This document shows, in pieces, positions 28,716 through 38,122 of a DNA stretch of 64,000 nt. The DNA is from Escherichia phage vB_EcoM_Skers. Positions within the stretch are counted from its first letter, which is position 1; the number at the start of each line of letters is the position of its first letter. A program made the position numbers and the translations under genes. The stretch lies in sequence record MW748999.1; one strand, written 5' to 3'. The notes beneath the pieces are model-generated. The model was not told the origin of the DNA. It searched no databases and saw nothing but the letters and a program-made list of their open reading frames with translations.

Positions 28716-29030
28716 TTACAGCATACTTAATACCGTTTGCCGTGTACTAATCCACATAGCAGAAAGCAGTTCTGGCGTGTGTGGCTGTTTGTAGATATCA
28801 CGTAACTTTCCGATAGCGTAGATATACGCATCACGGTTATCATCGATGATAGCTTGTTCAGCCCACCGCTTAAGGCGTGCAATCTCTCGCGAGTTCTTAC
28901 GCAAGATCTTTTCCGCTTTCTTAGCGGCTTTAGCCTCTAGTTCTGCTTGTACTTTGTCTACTTCACTCACTGCAATCTGGTCATGCTGTTCATCGTAAGT
29001 CATGTTATTTTCCTTCTGGGATATAATCAA
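28716..29030 (-). CDS. hypothetical protein (coiled-coil rich)
   Basis: 104-aa ORF in the slot where T4 carries alpha-gt. Confidence 0.35.
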   Translation of the reverse strand: MIISQKENNMTYDEQHDQIAVSEVDKVQAELEAKAAKKAEKILRKNSREIARLKRWAEQAIIDDNRDAYIYAIGKLRDIYKQPHTPELLSAMWISTRQTVLSML

Positions 29031-29238
29031 TTATTAAAGAAAATTCATCTTCTGATACATTATAGCTATGTGAGATTGTACCCGTCAAGACCTCAAGATC
29101 CGGTGATTTGATATTGCACGGATCGATAATCACCGGAACGCCGCAATCTCTCAAAAATAATTTGGCGAAATACGGCACAAGGTCAGTTTCAAACTCTGCT
29201 TCTTCCAGCAAACGGGAAATGTTAATTTTCAATCTCAT
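29005..29238 (-). CDS. hypothetical small protein
   Basis: 77-aa minus-strand ORF. Confidence 0.35.
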   Translation of the reverse strand: MRLKINISRLLEEAEFETDLVPYFAKLFLRDCGVPVIIDPCNIKSPDLEVLTGTISHSYNVSEDEFSLIIDYIPEGK

Positions 29239-29755
29239 AAAATTGGTCCAGGCTAGGCAATTCCTCGGTCAATACATCTTCAACCTTTGGCGCTTTCGGT
29301 TTATTGACCGATTCCTCGTAGTTGTTGATTTTATCGTAAATGTCCTGTATGAATGCCTCATCAGCAATCTGGCACATATCAGCGTCGCGTTCGTCATATA
29401 CATGATGCACAAAATATTTGTATTTTGCGGCTGTCGCTGTTCTCTCTTTTTTAATGCGCTGTACAAAAGCATTAAAGCACGCTTGCGTGATGTAAGCATG
29501 AGGATTTTTATACTTTGTCTCGTCAAAATTAATCAAACCCTTGACCGCCGCTTCGATTCCGTCGTCGATCATTTCTTCGCGCCATGTTTGACTATAACCA
29601 GAAAAGTTAAAACGACGTGATAGATTTTTAGAGATTTGCATAATTGCTAGGCCGATTTGATCGCTCATTGGAACTTGCCGACCTTCTGCTGCAATTCGTT
29701 GTTTCCAACGGCAAATTTCTTCGTAAAGCTCTTTATTGTTTACATAATCAGACAC
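29222..29755 (-). CDS. 55: late-transcription sigma factor
   Basis: [55 protein letters not shown] match T4 gp55 almost exactly. Confidence 0.9.
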   Translation of the reverse strand: MSDYVNNKELYEEICRWKQRIAAEGRQVPMSDQIGLAIMQISKNLSRRFNFSGYSQTWREEMIDDGIEAAVKGLINFDETKYKNPHAYITQACFNAFVQRIKKERTATAAKYKYFVHHVYDERDADMCQIADEAFIQDIYDKINNYEESVNKPKAPKVEDVLTEELPSLDQFYEIEN

Positions 29756-29795
29756 TTCGCACCCTCGCTATTATTTAGGAAATAACCCTTTCGGA

Positions 29796-31265
29796 CTATT
29801 CCCCATTACCATTATACTTTCTTTGTTTAGTTATCCACACTCTAACCATCTCTACTGATTCACCGTCAGACGGGTCAAGAGTTTTTCCCTTTTTCTTCAT
29901 GCGGTACTTAAATCCGTTAAATCTTGCATTCTCTTGTTCGTTAAAGTCGAACATCTTTTTAAATGATTTTCGCCCTTTACGCTCACCACATTCTAGCGGA
30001 ATCATTCGGTCTGTTATTACATTGGCATTAGGTAGAAACGTTTTTAGATAATCGACCAACGCCCAATCAGGAACATATAGATTAACATTCTCCTTGCTCT
30101 CGTTGTCTCTCAGGTTACAACGCAAACATAATTGAAATGCTGGTTCCAGATAATCAGACACATGACGCGCTTTCAAAAACTCGTTTGTTGGGAGATCGCA
30201 ACTATTAGCAAGACCTTTTAAAATATCAATCTCCCATCGTTGAGGGTTAAAGCTGAACATCACAGCAACATTTTTATGATGAATGTAAGAGTTAAGACCA
30301 TAAGATCCGTAAGGTATCCGCTCACCAATACCATTTGTACACGCTTCACGGTCCCGATTCACGGTATAAATGAAGTCATCGCCACATTCATTTTTAACCA
30401 TATCAACAAGACGTTCAAAGGTATTGTTTGTTTCTGACTGGTGACGAGACCATCGTTCGGAGTCCGTCATAAGGATGATGTTAACTCTATCTGTATTTTT
30501 ATACTCTTTGAAATATAGTCTGGATTCTAGCGCACTCGGAACAAAATCGCAATTTGCATAGTATCGTAGATACTTCCCACTATATGTATCAAAGAGATTT
30601 GCACATGCTATCGTAACCTTTTTAAAGTCTCCCCACGTACCGTGTTTGTTATCGTTCAAGAAAACAATTTTCGACCCATTCTTCCGGTGTCCTTCGTTAT
30701 GTTTTACCATAACGTTGATTTTCTTCTCTAATAACGCCTCATAAAGCCCTCTAAGAGAAGAATCGATCATATCAGTACCATCCTTTGCACTTTCTATCTT
30801 TTCTTTGATAGCGGCCTTCTCAGAGTCTTTTAGAACTAAGTTCTGTAGGCATTCCGATTCGTCGGCGATTGGTTCGCAATGCTTCGTGATAAGTTCAAGA
30901 TTAGACTTAAACGGATACTCATTAAATTCAACCAGTTGAGGAACTTCATCAATATAAAGAGCATATTCACTAAACATTTTTGAACGTTCCATATTAGATA
31001 ACGCTGTATGTGTGATGAATATCACATCAGCACCATCTTTAACTGATTGCATTATCGACGCTTGCACTGTCTTAAGGCTTCTTAGTCTGGTGCTATCAAT
31101 CAAGACAGCACGACCGCCCATTCTTTTAAACTTATTGTAAGATTGTTCACTTAAAACACGAGATGGCGAAGCAATAACCGCTTTTTCTTTTGTCTCTAGG
31201 ACGTGGGAAAGTATAGCATCCGTTTTCCCCGCCGCTGGCAATGCGATTAATGTTTCAATCTTCAT
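29796..31265 (-). CDS. P-loop NTPase-like protein of unknown function (489 aa)
   Basis: Deviant Walker A ALPAAGKT, Ia-like IASPSRVL, Walker B-like YIDEVPQ; no T4 counterpart recognised. Confidence 0.5.
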   Translation of the reverse strand: MKIETLIALPAAGKTDAILSHVLETKEKAVIASPSRVLSEQSYNKFKRMGGRAVLIDSTRLRSLKTVQASIMQSVKDGADVIFITHTALSNMERSKMFSEYALYIDEVPQLVEFNEYPFKSNLELITKHCEPIADESECLQNLVLKDSEKAAIKEKIESAKDGTDMIDSSLRGLYEALLEKKINVMVKHNEGHRKNGSKIVFLNDNKHGTWGDFKKVTIACANLFDTYSGKYLRYYANCDFVPSALESRLYFKEYKNTDRVNIILMTDSERWSRHQSETNNTFERLVDMVKNECGDDFIYTVNRDREACTNGIGERIPYGSYGLNSYIHHKNVAVMFSFNPQRWEIDILKGLANSCDLPTNEFLKARHVSDYLEPAFQLCLRCNLRDNESKENVNLYVPDWALVDYLKTFLPNANVITDRMIPLECGERKGRKSFKKMFDFNEQENARFNGFKYRMKKKGKTLDPSDGESVEMVRVWITKQRKYNGNGE

Positions 31266-31570
31266 TAGAAACCCTTACGTCGTGCTTTCTGGCATTTCTT
31301 GATCATTTTATCAGAAATTTCGCGCTTAGGTGCAATCTCTTTCACACCGAAAGCACTAATGCCAAATTCAGAGAGAATATATTCAACTAACAATTCACGC
31401 ACACGCGCTTTACCGATATTCACGCCGTTATTTTTCAGATATGTCTGGCCTTCGACTTGCATCAGATCTAAATCTGCGTCGGTAATATTGATTTCTTCCA
31501 TGCGCCCAAATCGAGAATAAACCATGTGTGCGATTGCATTGTGTACTAACATAATATATTCCTCACTCAA
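31265..31570 (-). CDS. hypothetical protein
   Basis: 101-aa ORF; ATGA overlap with downstream gene. Confidence 0.4.
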   Translation of the reverse strand: MSEEYIMLVHNAIAHMVYSRFGRMEEINITDADLDLMQVEGQTYLKNNGVNIGKARVRELLVEYILSEFGISAFGVKEIAPKREISDKMIKKCQKARRKGF

Positions 31571-31573
31571 GAA

Positions 31574-31732
31574 TTACTTAATGATACTTACTTTACCAGA
31601 TCCGTGACAATGAGCACAACACCCATCACCACGCAATCCTGTTCCGTTACAGTGTTTACACTTCTTCAACGGTAAAGTCATTATAGCAAATAAAGCAATA
31701 ATGAACACCGAAACTAAATTCTCAATAATCAT
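31574..31732 (-). CDS. small membrane-anchored zinc-ribbon protein (52 aa)
   Basis: ORF MIIENLVSVFIIALFAIMTL...CKHCNGTG..CCAHCHGSG; not in track. Confidence 0.35.
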   Translation of the reverse strand: MIIENLVSVFIIALFAIMTLPLKKCKHCNGTGLRGDGCCAHCHGSGKVSIIK

Positions 31733-31991
31733 AAATCGCCCTCAGTTCTTTATAGCCTCCAATGTGCTCGTTGTCAATGAATATCTGGGGGTATACAAAC
31801 CGGAGGCTCTTTGAGTTCAGCCTCCCCGCCAGTTCTTCAATCATATCACGGTCGGGAATAATGTCAACCCCGACCTGCTTGAATACTGGTTTAAGTGTAT
31901 ACGGAATACCCAGATCATCCAGTAGCTTCATTGCACTAATACAACCATAACAATGATAAGCCTCTTTCGGTATACCGTATATCTCGATCAT
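31722..31991 (-). CDS. nrdH: glutaredoxin-like protein (NrdH-type redoxin)
   Basis: 89 aa; CYGC redox motif near N-terminus and C-terminal IGGY; position upstream of nrdG region. Confidence 0.6.
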   Translation of the reverse strand: MIEIYGIPKEAYHCYGCISAMKLLDDLGIPYTLKPVFKQVGVDIIPDRDMIEELAGRLNSKSLRFVYPQIFIDNEHIGGYKELRAIYDY

Positions 31992-32488
31992 TTCTCAGCC
32001 TTTAATCTTTCTAGTTCTTCTTCCAGTTCCTTGATCCGTTGGTCACGTTCAAAGTCACGCTGTATCTTAGTGGCGAATACTCGTTTAAACTGATTGTAAT
32101 CATCGATTTTAAACACTTCTTCTTCGCCATAGCGACGCACAGAAACTTCGTAGTTATTGAAGAATTGTTGCATCATTGCTTCGGATGATAGCTCTGCTGA
32201 TACCACTTTAAAATATTGATCTTCGGTAGGTGAAAACCAATTACAAGCATAAAGATAAACCTTTTCATTGTCTGGACACTGGTAAGCCTTACCATCGATT
32301 TCAATCACAGAAACATATTCAGGTATACTAGATGAATCAATAGCTAAGACTTTAAACGCACGGTCCCCGATAAACTCGGAGATCACACGATTCGCATCAC
32401 TGGTTGCAAATGCTTTACGCGCTTGTTCGTTTTTCCACTGATAGGTCATACCAACAACAAACATATTACCAACCTCGCTCTTTACCAA
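31988..32488 (-). CDS. repeat-domain/coiled-coil paralogue family member A1 (1 domain)
   Basis: GMTYQWKNEQARKAF...AFKVLAID...IEIDGKAYQ...YFKVV then coiled-coil tail; paralogous to 32466-34308 and 38123-40820. Confidence 0.55.
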   Translation of the reverse strand: MVKSEVGNMFVVGMTYQWKNEQARKAFATSDANRVISEFIGDRAFKVLAIDSSSIPEYVSVIEIDGKAYQCPDNEKVYLYACNWFSPTEDQYFKVVSAELSSEAMMQQFFNNYEVSVRRYGEEEVFKIDDYNQFKRVFATKIQRDFERDQRIKELEEELERLKAEK

Positions 32489-33290
32489 TCAAAAATTCAA
32501 CTTCACGACGTTTAATGTCTTCTTGAAGGTCTTTAATCTTCTGGCGATCTTGCATTATTTCATCCATCTTGTCAAGTGCCGCAATGAAATCATCGAAACG
32601 TTCAAAGGTTTTACCTTCATTTGCTTCGCCAAATTTAACCATTGTCAGGCCATAACGACTACTAAAAAGACGCTTCAACTGTCCAACGATCTTAGAATCA
32701 GTGGTTATAACTTCCAATTCTTCTACTTCTTGAAAGAATTTTCTATCAGAATCAATAAACCAGCTAGTTCCTTTATGGTCGCTATCTTCTGTTGCACTCA
32801 TTAGAGTATGGTCTTTACCATCAATTTCAATTACATTAACTTGCCCACATAGACTAACATTTTTAACAGTAAAAGGTCTATAATTTATTGCTCGTGCAAT
32901 AACATAATTAAGGTTAGATACGTTTTCAGCATAATGACAGAAGTCGGTCATAGCATTCGCATCTTTCCAAGTATAAGTTTTACCAACTTCCCATTTCTGG
33001 GGAACTTCTTCAACTTCACGAAAGAATTTTCGATCGAATGGACTAAAGAAATATGTTGCAGTCCAAATGTCTTTTCCTGTAGCAGTTTTCGCCGTATGAT
33101 AAACACCGTCTAGCTCTATTGCATTAATCCAACCGTTACCCTCGATCTCGATGATGGTAAATGGCTTGTCACCAATAGCTGCACTAATATCGCTGTTAAG
33201 TGGAGAAAGAACACCTTCTCCGTTAGTAATAAACTCAGTTTTAGCGTTTTCATCTTTCCAAGTGTAAGTTTTACCAATTTCCCATTTCAT
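32466..33290 (-). CDS. paralogue family member A2 (2 tandem domains + coiled-coil tail)
   Basis: Two internal copies beginning KWEIGKTYTWKDENA and KWEVGKTYTWKDANA, each ending RKFF.EVEE. Confidence 0.55.
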   Translation of the reverse strand: MKWEIGKTYTWKDENAKTEFITNGEGVLSPLNSDISAAIGDKPFTIIEIEGNGWINAIELDGVYHTAKTATGKDIWTATYFFSPFDRKFFREVEEVPQKWEVGKTYTWKDANAMTDFCHYAENVSNLNYVIARAINYRPFTVKNVSLCGQVNVIEIDGKDHTLMSATEDSDHKGTSWFIDSDRKFFQEVEELEVITTDSKIVGQLKRLFSSRYGLTMVKFGEANEGKTFERFDDFIAALDKMDEIMQDRQKIKDLQEDIKRREVEFLIGKERGW

Positions 33291-33302
33291 AATATATTCC
33301 CC

Positions 33303-33782
33303 TTAACCGATTTTATCAAGTTCGTTTAATGCTTTCTCTGCTTCCTGTATAGCTTGCACCCTTTCCGGCATTTTGTCAAGAAAATCTTTCAACTCTTCAA
33401 AACTGGAGATATGACGCAAGGCGTTAGCACCGATAGCTGCATGTGATTTGCATTCAAAGCGGATTTTATAATTATCCATAGCCAGCTTGAGTAGGTCCAT
33501 TAGTTTAGATTCTTCTGGAATACTAATTTCTTCAAATCTGCTACGGTCGTGATCCAGAAACCAACAATATAGACCTACATCGGTTGAACTCATATAAGTT
33601 CCATCATGAAGATATACAGATCGCACGTATCCTTTTTTCGCATCAACCGACGCAACTTTAAACGGTAATCGCAGATATTTCAAATAATCAACATCATACC
33701 ATTTAAAAAATTGGTTTGCATCTTTTACATCTTTCCATACATAGGTCTTACCAGCTTCCCATTTCATAATATCATCTCTCAT
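33303..33782 (-). CDS. paralogue family member A3
   Basis: KWEAGKTYVWKD...RSRFEEI then helical tail with FLDKMP motif. Confidence 0.55.
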   Translation of the reverse strand: MRDDIMKWEAGKTYVWKDVKDANQFFKWYDVDYLKYLRLPFKVASVDAKKGYVRSVYLHDGTYMSSTDVGLYCWFLDHDRSRFEEISIPEESKLMDLLKLAMDNYKIRFECKSHAAIGANALRHISSFEELKDFLDKMPERVQAIQEAEKALNELDKIG

Positions 33783-34308
33783 TTTTGATACGTGATTCTA
33801 ATTGGATCATACGGTCGCGCGTTTGTTTGTATTCTCGGATAGCACCGATCCGGCTAGGCATACCATCCAGTACGCTCTTAATACCTTCTAGGGTAGTAAT
33901 TTTGGCAATGCTATTATGTAACCCCATCTTATCGATCAACTGAATGTCGTAGGCTTCCATAAGCAGACCCAGGCGTTCTAAAGTTAGGTCTTCTTCTTTT
34001 TCTTCTGAATCTGGAATCTTAGGTTCAATAGTAACTTCGGTAAAGAAACGACGCTCACCCGACCAAAACCACACACCAGAACAACCAATAGGGGATTCTT
34101 TTAACGTCATAGAGTCGAAATCACTACCAATAATAGTAATTTCTCTAACATCACCATCATCGTCAAGGTCTTCTACCCTAAACGGGCGACCAGCCAACAA
34201 GTCAACAATACATCTGTTAATAAACGACGAAAATTTAGTCAGTTCGGCTTTCGACGCTTCGCATTCGATCTTGTAAGTTTTACCAACTTCCCATTCCATA
34301 ATAATCAC
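33772..34308 (-). CDS. paralogue family member A4
   Basis: EWEVGKTYKIE...RRFFTEV then helical tail VLDGMP... Confidence 0.55.
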   Translation of the reverse strand: MIIMEWEVGKTYKIECEASKAELTKFSSFINRCIVDLLAGRPFRVEDLDDDGDVREITIIGSDFDSMTLKESPIGCSGVWFWSGERRFFTEVTIEPKIPDSEEKEEDLTLERLGLLMEAYDIQLIDKMGLHNSIAKITTLEGIKSVLDGMPSRIGAIREYKQTRDRMIQLESRIKNER

Positions 34309-34309
34309 C

Positions 34310-34819
34310 TCAAATAATTTTCACTGGAATACTATTAACAATCTTGTATTGTACTTGATTGTCAGATCCCCGCCACGGCTTCTTCGTTGGCATATCTTTA
34401 ATATAACGCCCATCGATGAACATGTCAACTGATTCTACAATTTTTCTTTGCTCATCATTCAATTGGTCAAGGGTATAACCAGACCATAGCCAAATATCTT
34501 TATTTGGCATCCATGATTTTACTTCATCGATGATCCGCTGTACACCCTTTAAATTGCGTTTATACAATGGATCGCCACCTAAGAATGTTAGCCCCTGAAT
34601 AAAATCAGGTCTAAGCAGATCCAGAATCAATCCCATTGTATCATCGGTGAATGGTTCCCCGTTCTTAGGATTGAGTAGACTGGAATTAAAGCAACCATCA
34701 CATGCGTGTGAACATCCGGTAACGTAAAGGGAGACTCTCACTCCCTCACCGTTAACCATATCACAATCTTTAATATCGGCATAGCGTAGTTTGCCGTATG
34801 TATCAGAACTCATATTCAA
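34310..34819 (-). CDS. nrdG: anaerobic ribonucleotide reductase activating protein (radical SAM)
   Basis: CSHACDGC (Cx3Cx2C) radical-SAM cluster motif; 169 aa; adjacent to nrdD module. Confidence 0.85.
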   Translation of the reverse strand: MNMSSDTYGKLRYADIKDCDMVNGEGVRVSLYVTGCSHACDGCFNSSLLNPKNGEPFTDDTMGLILDLLRPDFIQGLTFLGGDPLYKRNLKGVQRIIDEVKSWMPNKDIWLWSGYTLDQLNDEQRKIVESVDMFIDGRYIKDMPTKKPWRGSDNQVQYKIVNSIPVKII

Positions 34820-35030
34820 TTACCCCGAACTCGTTTACAATCTGCGCTTTATAGTAACCACCGCGAGATGCTAATAGATAAGCTGGGCTTAGGTATTCGT
34901 ATTCACGGATTTCTACTTGTGCGTTTTCAGTTTCCCAAATCAGTAAAGTCCACATATTTGATTCTCCTGTAAAGTTGTATCTCGTCTTGATGAATATAGT
35001 ATAGGGGATCTCGCGATCCCCGTCAAGCAT
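34803..35030 (-). CDS. hypothetical small protein
   Basis: 75-aa minus-strand ORF. Confidence 0.3.
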   Translation of the reverse strand: MLDGDREIPYTIFIKTRYNFTGESNMWTLLIWETENAQVEIREYEYLSPAYLLASRGGYYKAQIVNEFGVIEYEF

Positions 35031-35564
35031 TTATTTTAAATTTTTTCGAATGTATTCAGACCATTCCTTCCCTGTCATTTCGGACCCATTCTGGAAACTG
35101 AAATATTCATACGGCATCGAGTCAAGATAAAACAGGATCATACATCGCGCCATATAATACCAATCACGATTAAAGTAAACTACGTTATCGCCAGTACCAT
35201 CAGCACCTTTATCATAACCATCGCGGGTACGGGCGACCCATTGAATGGTATCATTTTTCTCACGGATAGTAACAGGTTCCCAATATCCAGCACATCCAGC
35301 ATGACCACACGAACAAGTAAGGAAATATTGACCTTTTGCTTTGTTGTCATCCCATTCACGATGAATTGGTTCGATTTCGTGAAACAGTGCTAAGCAATCA
35401 TGATTATGCAACACTGGCTCACCATCAATCAATGCATGGAATGTATACAAACGACCCGTAGACAAATAGCTATCCTCACGCTCAACCAGTTCAATAGCAA
35501 TCTTTTTAGCTTGTTCTTTGTGTCGTTGTGCTTTACGTTTACGGTTTAATGATTTCATAGTCAC
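35031..35564 (-). CDS. hypothetical protein (Cys/His-rich)
   Basis: 177-aa ORF between nrdG and nrdD. Confidence 0.4.
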   Translation of the reverse strand: MTMKSLNRKRKAQRHKEQAKKIAIELVEREDSYLSTGRLYTFHALIDGEPVLHNHDCLALFHEIEPIHREWDDNKAKGQYFLTCSCGHAGCAGYWEPVTIREKNDTIQWVARTRDGYDKGADGTGDNVVYFNRDWYYMARCMILFYLDSMPYEYFSFQNGSEMTGKEWSEYIRKNLK

Positions 35565-35575
35565 CTCACATTATT

Positions 35576-36115
35576 TCAAAGATCGCGATATTGTACATTA
35601 TGAAAATGAGAACTTGCATTACCAATATTGTAGATAACAAATTCTTCATCCGGCGCTTGCGCTACAAATTGAGTATGAGCAACCGCTACGACTTTAAAAA
35701 TACGATCCGTGATCTTGTGTTTAATTTCGACTCCTACTTCCATAGGAACATATTCATGTGTTTCTGTTTCAGTCGCAAAACAGCCATCTTCTTCATAAGC
35801 ACGAACAAATCGATCGCAATCAGTACGCTTAACAAATTCAAGAGTATACAATTCTCGTGAATTGTCGGTATAGACCAATACAGAATTATTATGATAGCGA
35901 ATCACATACAGGTTATTATCATCGTCAATTACGCAAAAGCTACGGATTCCTTCGCCTTGACTCCAGCAGATATTAACCACCGTTCCTCTAATAAAAAAAC
36001 TTTCCTTTAAATTAAAACTAGTCAATGTGCTAGCGTGCATTTTAACAACAACACCATCGCCAATTTCCAGTTTACGAAGTTTAACTTCTTTGCTCAGTAC
36101 ACAAAACATCATCAT
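35576..36115 (-). CDS. hypothetical protein
   Basis: 179-aa ORF downstream of promoter cassette at 36144-36171. Confidence 0.4.
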   Translation of the reverse strand: MMMFCVLSKEVKLRKLEIGDGVVVKMHASTLTSFNLKESFFIRGTVVNICWSQGEGIRSFCVIDDDNNLYVIRYHNNSVLVYTDNSRELYTLEFVKRTDCDRFVRAYEEDGCFATETETHEYVPMEVGVEIKHKITDRIFKVVAVAHTQFVAQAPDEEFVIYNIGNASSHFHNVQYRDL

Positions 36116-36143
36116 GTTGTCCTCTCGTTGTTTTCGATGTGAA

Positions 36144-36171
36144 CATTATACATTAGCTAATCAGGTTGTCA
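36144..36171 (-). promoter_or_regulatory. sigma70-type early promoter (TTGACA-16-TATAAT)
   Basis: Minus-strand TTGACA and TATAAT hexamers directly downstream of the nrdD terminator. Confidence 0.45.
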
Positions 36172-36176
36172 ACACC

Positions 36177-36209
36177 TAAAAACGAAAAAGCCGACCCTTT
36201 CGGATCGGC
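36177..36209 (-). terminator. rho-independent terminator after nrdD
   Basis: Hairpin AGCCGAtCCgaaaGGgTCGGCT followed by U-tract on the minus strand. Confidence 0.5.
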
Positions 36210-36215
36210 TGAAAA

Positions 36216-38078
36216 TTACATGTGCTTAACGCGGTTTACCATCTCGGAGTGTTTCCCGTGGTTAAATGGACGCAGATCAACAGATCCAAGATATCCACTA
36301 ACGCGACGGATAACATTCATCTTTTCCAGATTATCATTTCCGCAATCAGGACAAACAAAACCAAACTCGGTCGCTCTCATTTCCTTAGTAGACCCGCATA
36401 CATGACATACATCAGAAGGAGTATTAACACCGAAGTAGTGCAATTTATCCATTGCATAGTCTACTACAGTTTCAAGACCTTTCAGGTTGTTTTTCATGTC
36501 TGGGAACTCAACATAAGAGATCATGCCACCGGACGCCAGCCAGTGATAATCTTTCTCAAAGTCGATTTTCTCAAATGGAGTGACTTTCCGGTCTACGTCA
36601 AGGTGGAATGAGTTGGTGTACCAGTCTTTATCGGTAGCACCCTTAACAATACCAAATTGCTCTCGGTCCAGTCGATTAAATCGATAGCAAAGGCTCTCGG
36701 CTGGCGTACCGTAAAGACTAAACCCAAGTCCGGTTTCGTCCTTCCATTTTTCAGTATAATGACGCAAGATCTTAAGAATATGTTTACCGTATCGCTGCGC
36801 ATCTTCCGAATCAAACGGATGAACACCAAACAGGACGCTCAATACCTCATGTAAACCAATATATCCAAGAGAGATACTAGCGCGACCATCTTTCAACACT
36901 TCCAAAATTTCATCGTTTTGATGAATACGGAAAAATGCACCTTCTGTATACAGCACCGGAGCAACATTGGCTTTAGCCCCTTTTAAAGCGTCTACGCGAC
37001 TCATGAGCGCATCAAAGCAAATAGGCATACGATTAGCTAGCTCTTGTTCGAATAGCTCAATTCTGCGCATTACAGACGCTTTACCAGCACGACGCGCGGC
37101 AATAAGGGCAATACGCGGAAGATTCAGAGTCACAACACCTAAGTTATTACGTCCGTCTAATACTTCCTCGCCTTTCTCATTATGCCACACACCCAGGAAG
37201 CTACGACAACCCATCGGGCTAACCGGAACACTAGATCCGGTGATGCTACGGTTATTCTTCGCAGAGATATAATCAGGGTAAAGACGCTTACTAGAACATT
37301 CCAATGCAAGTTGCTTAATGTCGTAGTTCGGATCTTCCGGTTTAAGGTTTAATCCTTCTTCTAAGAACATCACCAGCTTAGGAAACACCGGAGTGATACC
37401 ATCTTTACCTAAACCTTTAGTTCGAACGTTCAGGATCGCTTTCTGAATCAGTTTTTCTTCCCAGCTAGTCCCCATACCAAAGGTTAAAGTCACAAAAGGT
37501 GTTTGACCGTTGGTAGAGAACAAAGTGTTGATCTCATATTCCAACGCCTGATATCCGTCTAACGTTTCTTTTTCTGTCTTCTCTTGTGCATAGAGAGTAT
37601 CAGCTTTGATTCCGTAGGTTTCGGCATCAGCAAGGTGTTTATGATATGTTTTCTCAACGTATGGCGCTAAAACCTGATCGATGTTTGCAATTGTGGTCCC
37701 GCCATATTGATGACTTGCCACCTGTGCGATAATTTGAGCGGTTACAGCACAAGCAACGCCGATCGATTTCGGGCTTTCGATTTGTGCGCTACCCAATTTA
37801 AAACCATTCTCTAACATGTCTTTGAGATTAACAAGACAGCAGTTAGTAAACGGCATAGCGGGTGCATAATCCATATCATGATAATGAATGTCACCGTCTA
37901 CATGCGCTTTATAGATGTGCTCAGGTAACACGGTTTTAGCAATCTGTTTAGACACAGCACCAGAAATCAGATCTCGACGTGTCGGGAATGTTCGCGCGTC
38001 TTTGTTCGCGTTCTCTTTGCTTACTTCGTTTTCTTTACCCGTTGCGATCTCTGTAATGTCTTTGATTAGTTTTTCCAT
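36216..38078 (-). CDS. nrdD: anaerobic ribonucleoside-triphosphate reductase (class III), uninterrupted
   Basis: 620 aa; C-terminal glycyl-radical motif RVSGYLGS and zinc ribbon CHVCGS..CPDCGN. Confidence 0.9.
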   Translation of the reverse strand: MEKLIKDITEIATGKENEVSKENANKDARTFPTRRDLISGAVSKQIAKTVLPEHIYKAHVDGDIHYHDMDYAPAMPFTNCCLVNLKDMLENGFKLGSAQIESPKSIGVACAVTAQIIAQVASHQYGGTTIANIDQVLAPYVEKTYHKHLADAETYGIKADTLYAQEKTEKETLDGYQALEYEINTLFSTNGQTPFVTLTFGMGTSWEEKLIQKAILNVRTKGLGKDGITPVFPKLVMFLEEGLNLKPEDPNYDIKQLALECSSKRLYPDYISAKNNRSITGSSVPVSPMGCRSFLGVWHNEKGEEVLDGRNNLGVVTLNLPRIALIAARRAGKASVMRRIELFEQELANRMPICFDALMSRVDALKGAKANVAPVLYTEGAFFRIHQNDEILEVLKDGRASISLGYIGLHEVLSVLFGVHPFDSEDAQRYGKHILKILRHYTEKWKDETGLGFSLYGTPAESLCYRFNRLDREQFGIVKGATDKDWYTNSFHLDVDRKVTPFEKIDFEKDYHWLASGGMISYVEFPDMKNNLKGLETVVDYAMDKLHYFGVNTPSDVCHVCGSTKEMRATEFGFVCPDCGNDNLEKMNVIRRVSGYLGSVDLRPFNHGKHSEMVNRVKHM

Positions 38079-38122
38079 TGTATCACCTATGAAAAAGCGG
38101 GATTTCTCCCGCTCGTTGATAG

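Noticed and set aside
36216-38078. Group I intron in nrdD (present in T4)
   Set aside because: nrdD is a single uninterrupted 620-aa ORF colinear with class III reductases through the glycyl-radical motif; no insertion evident.
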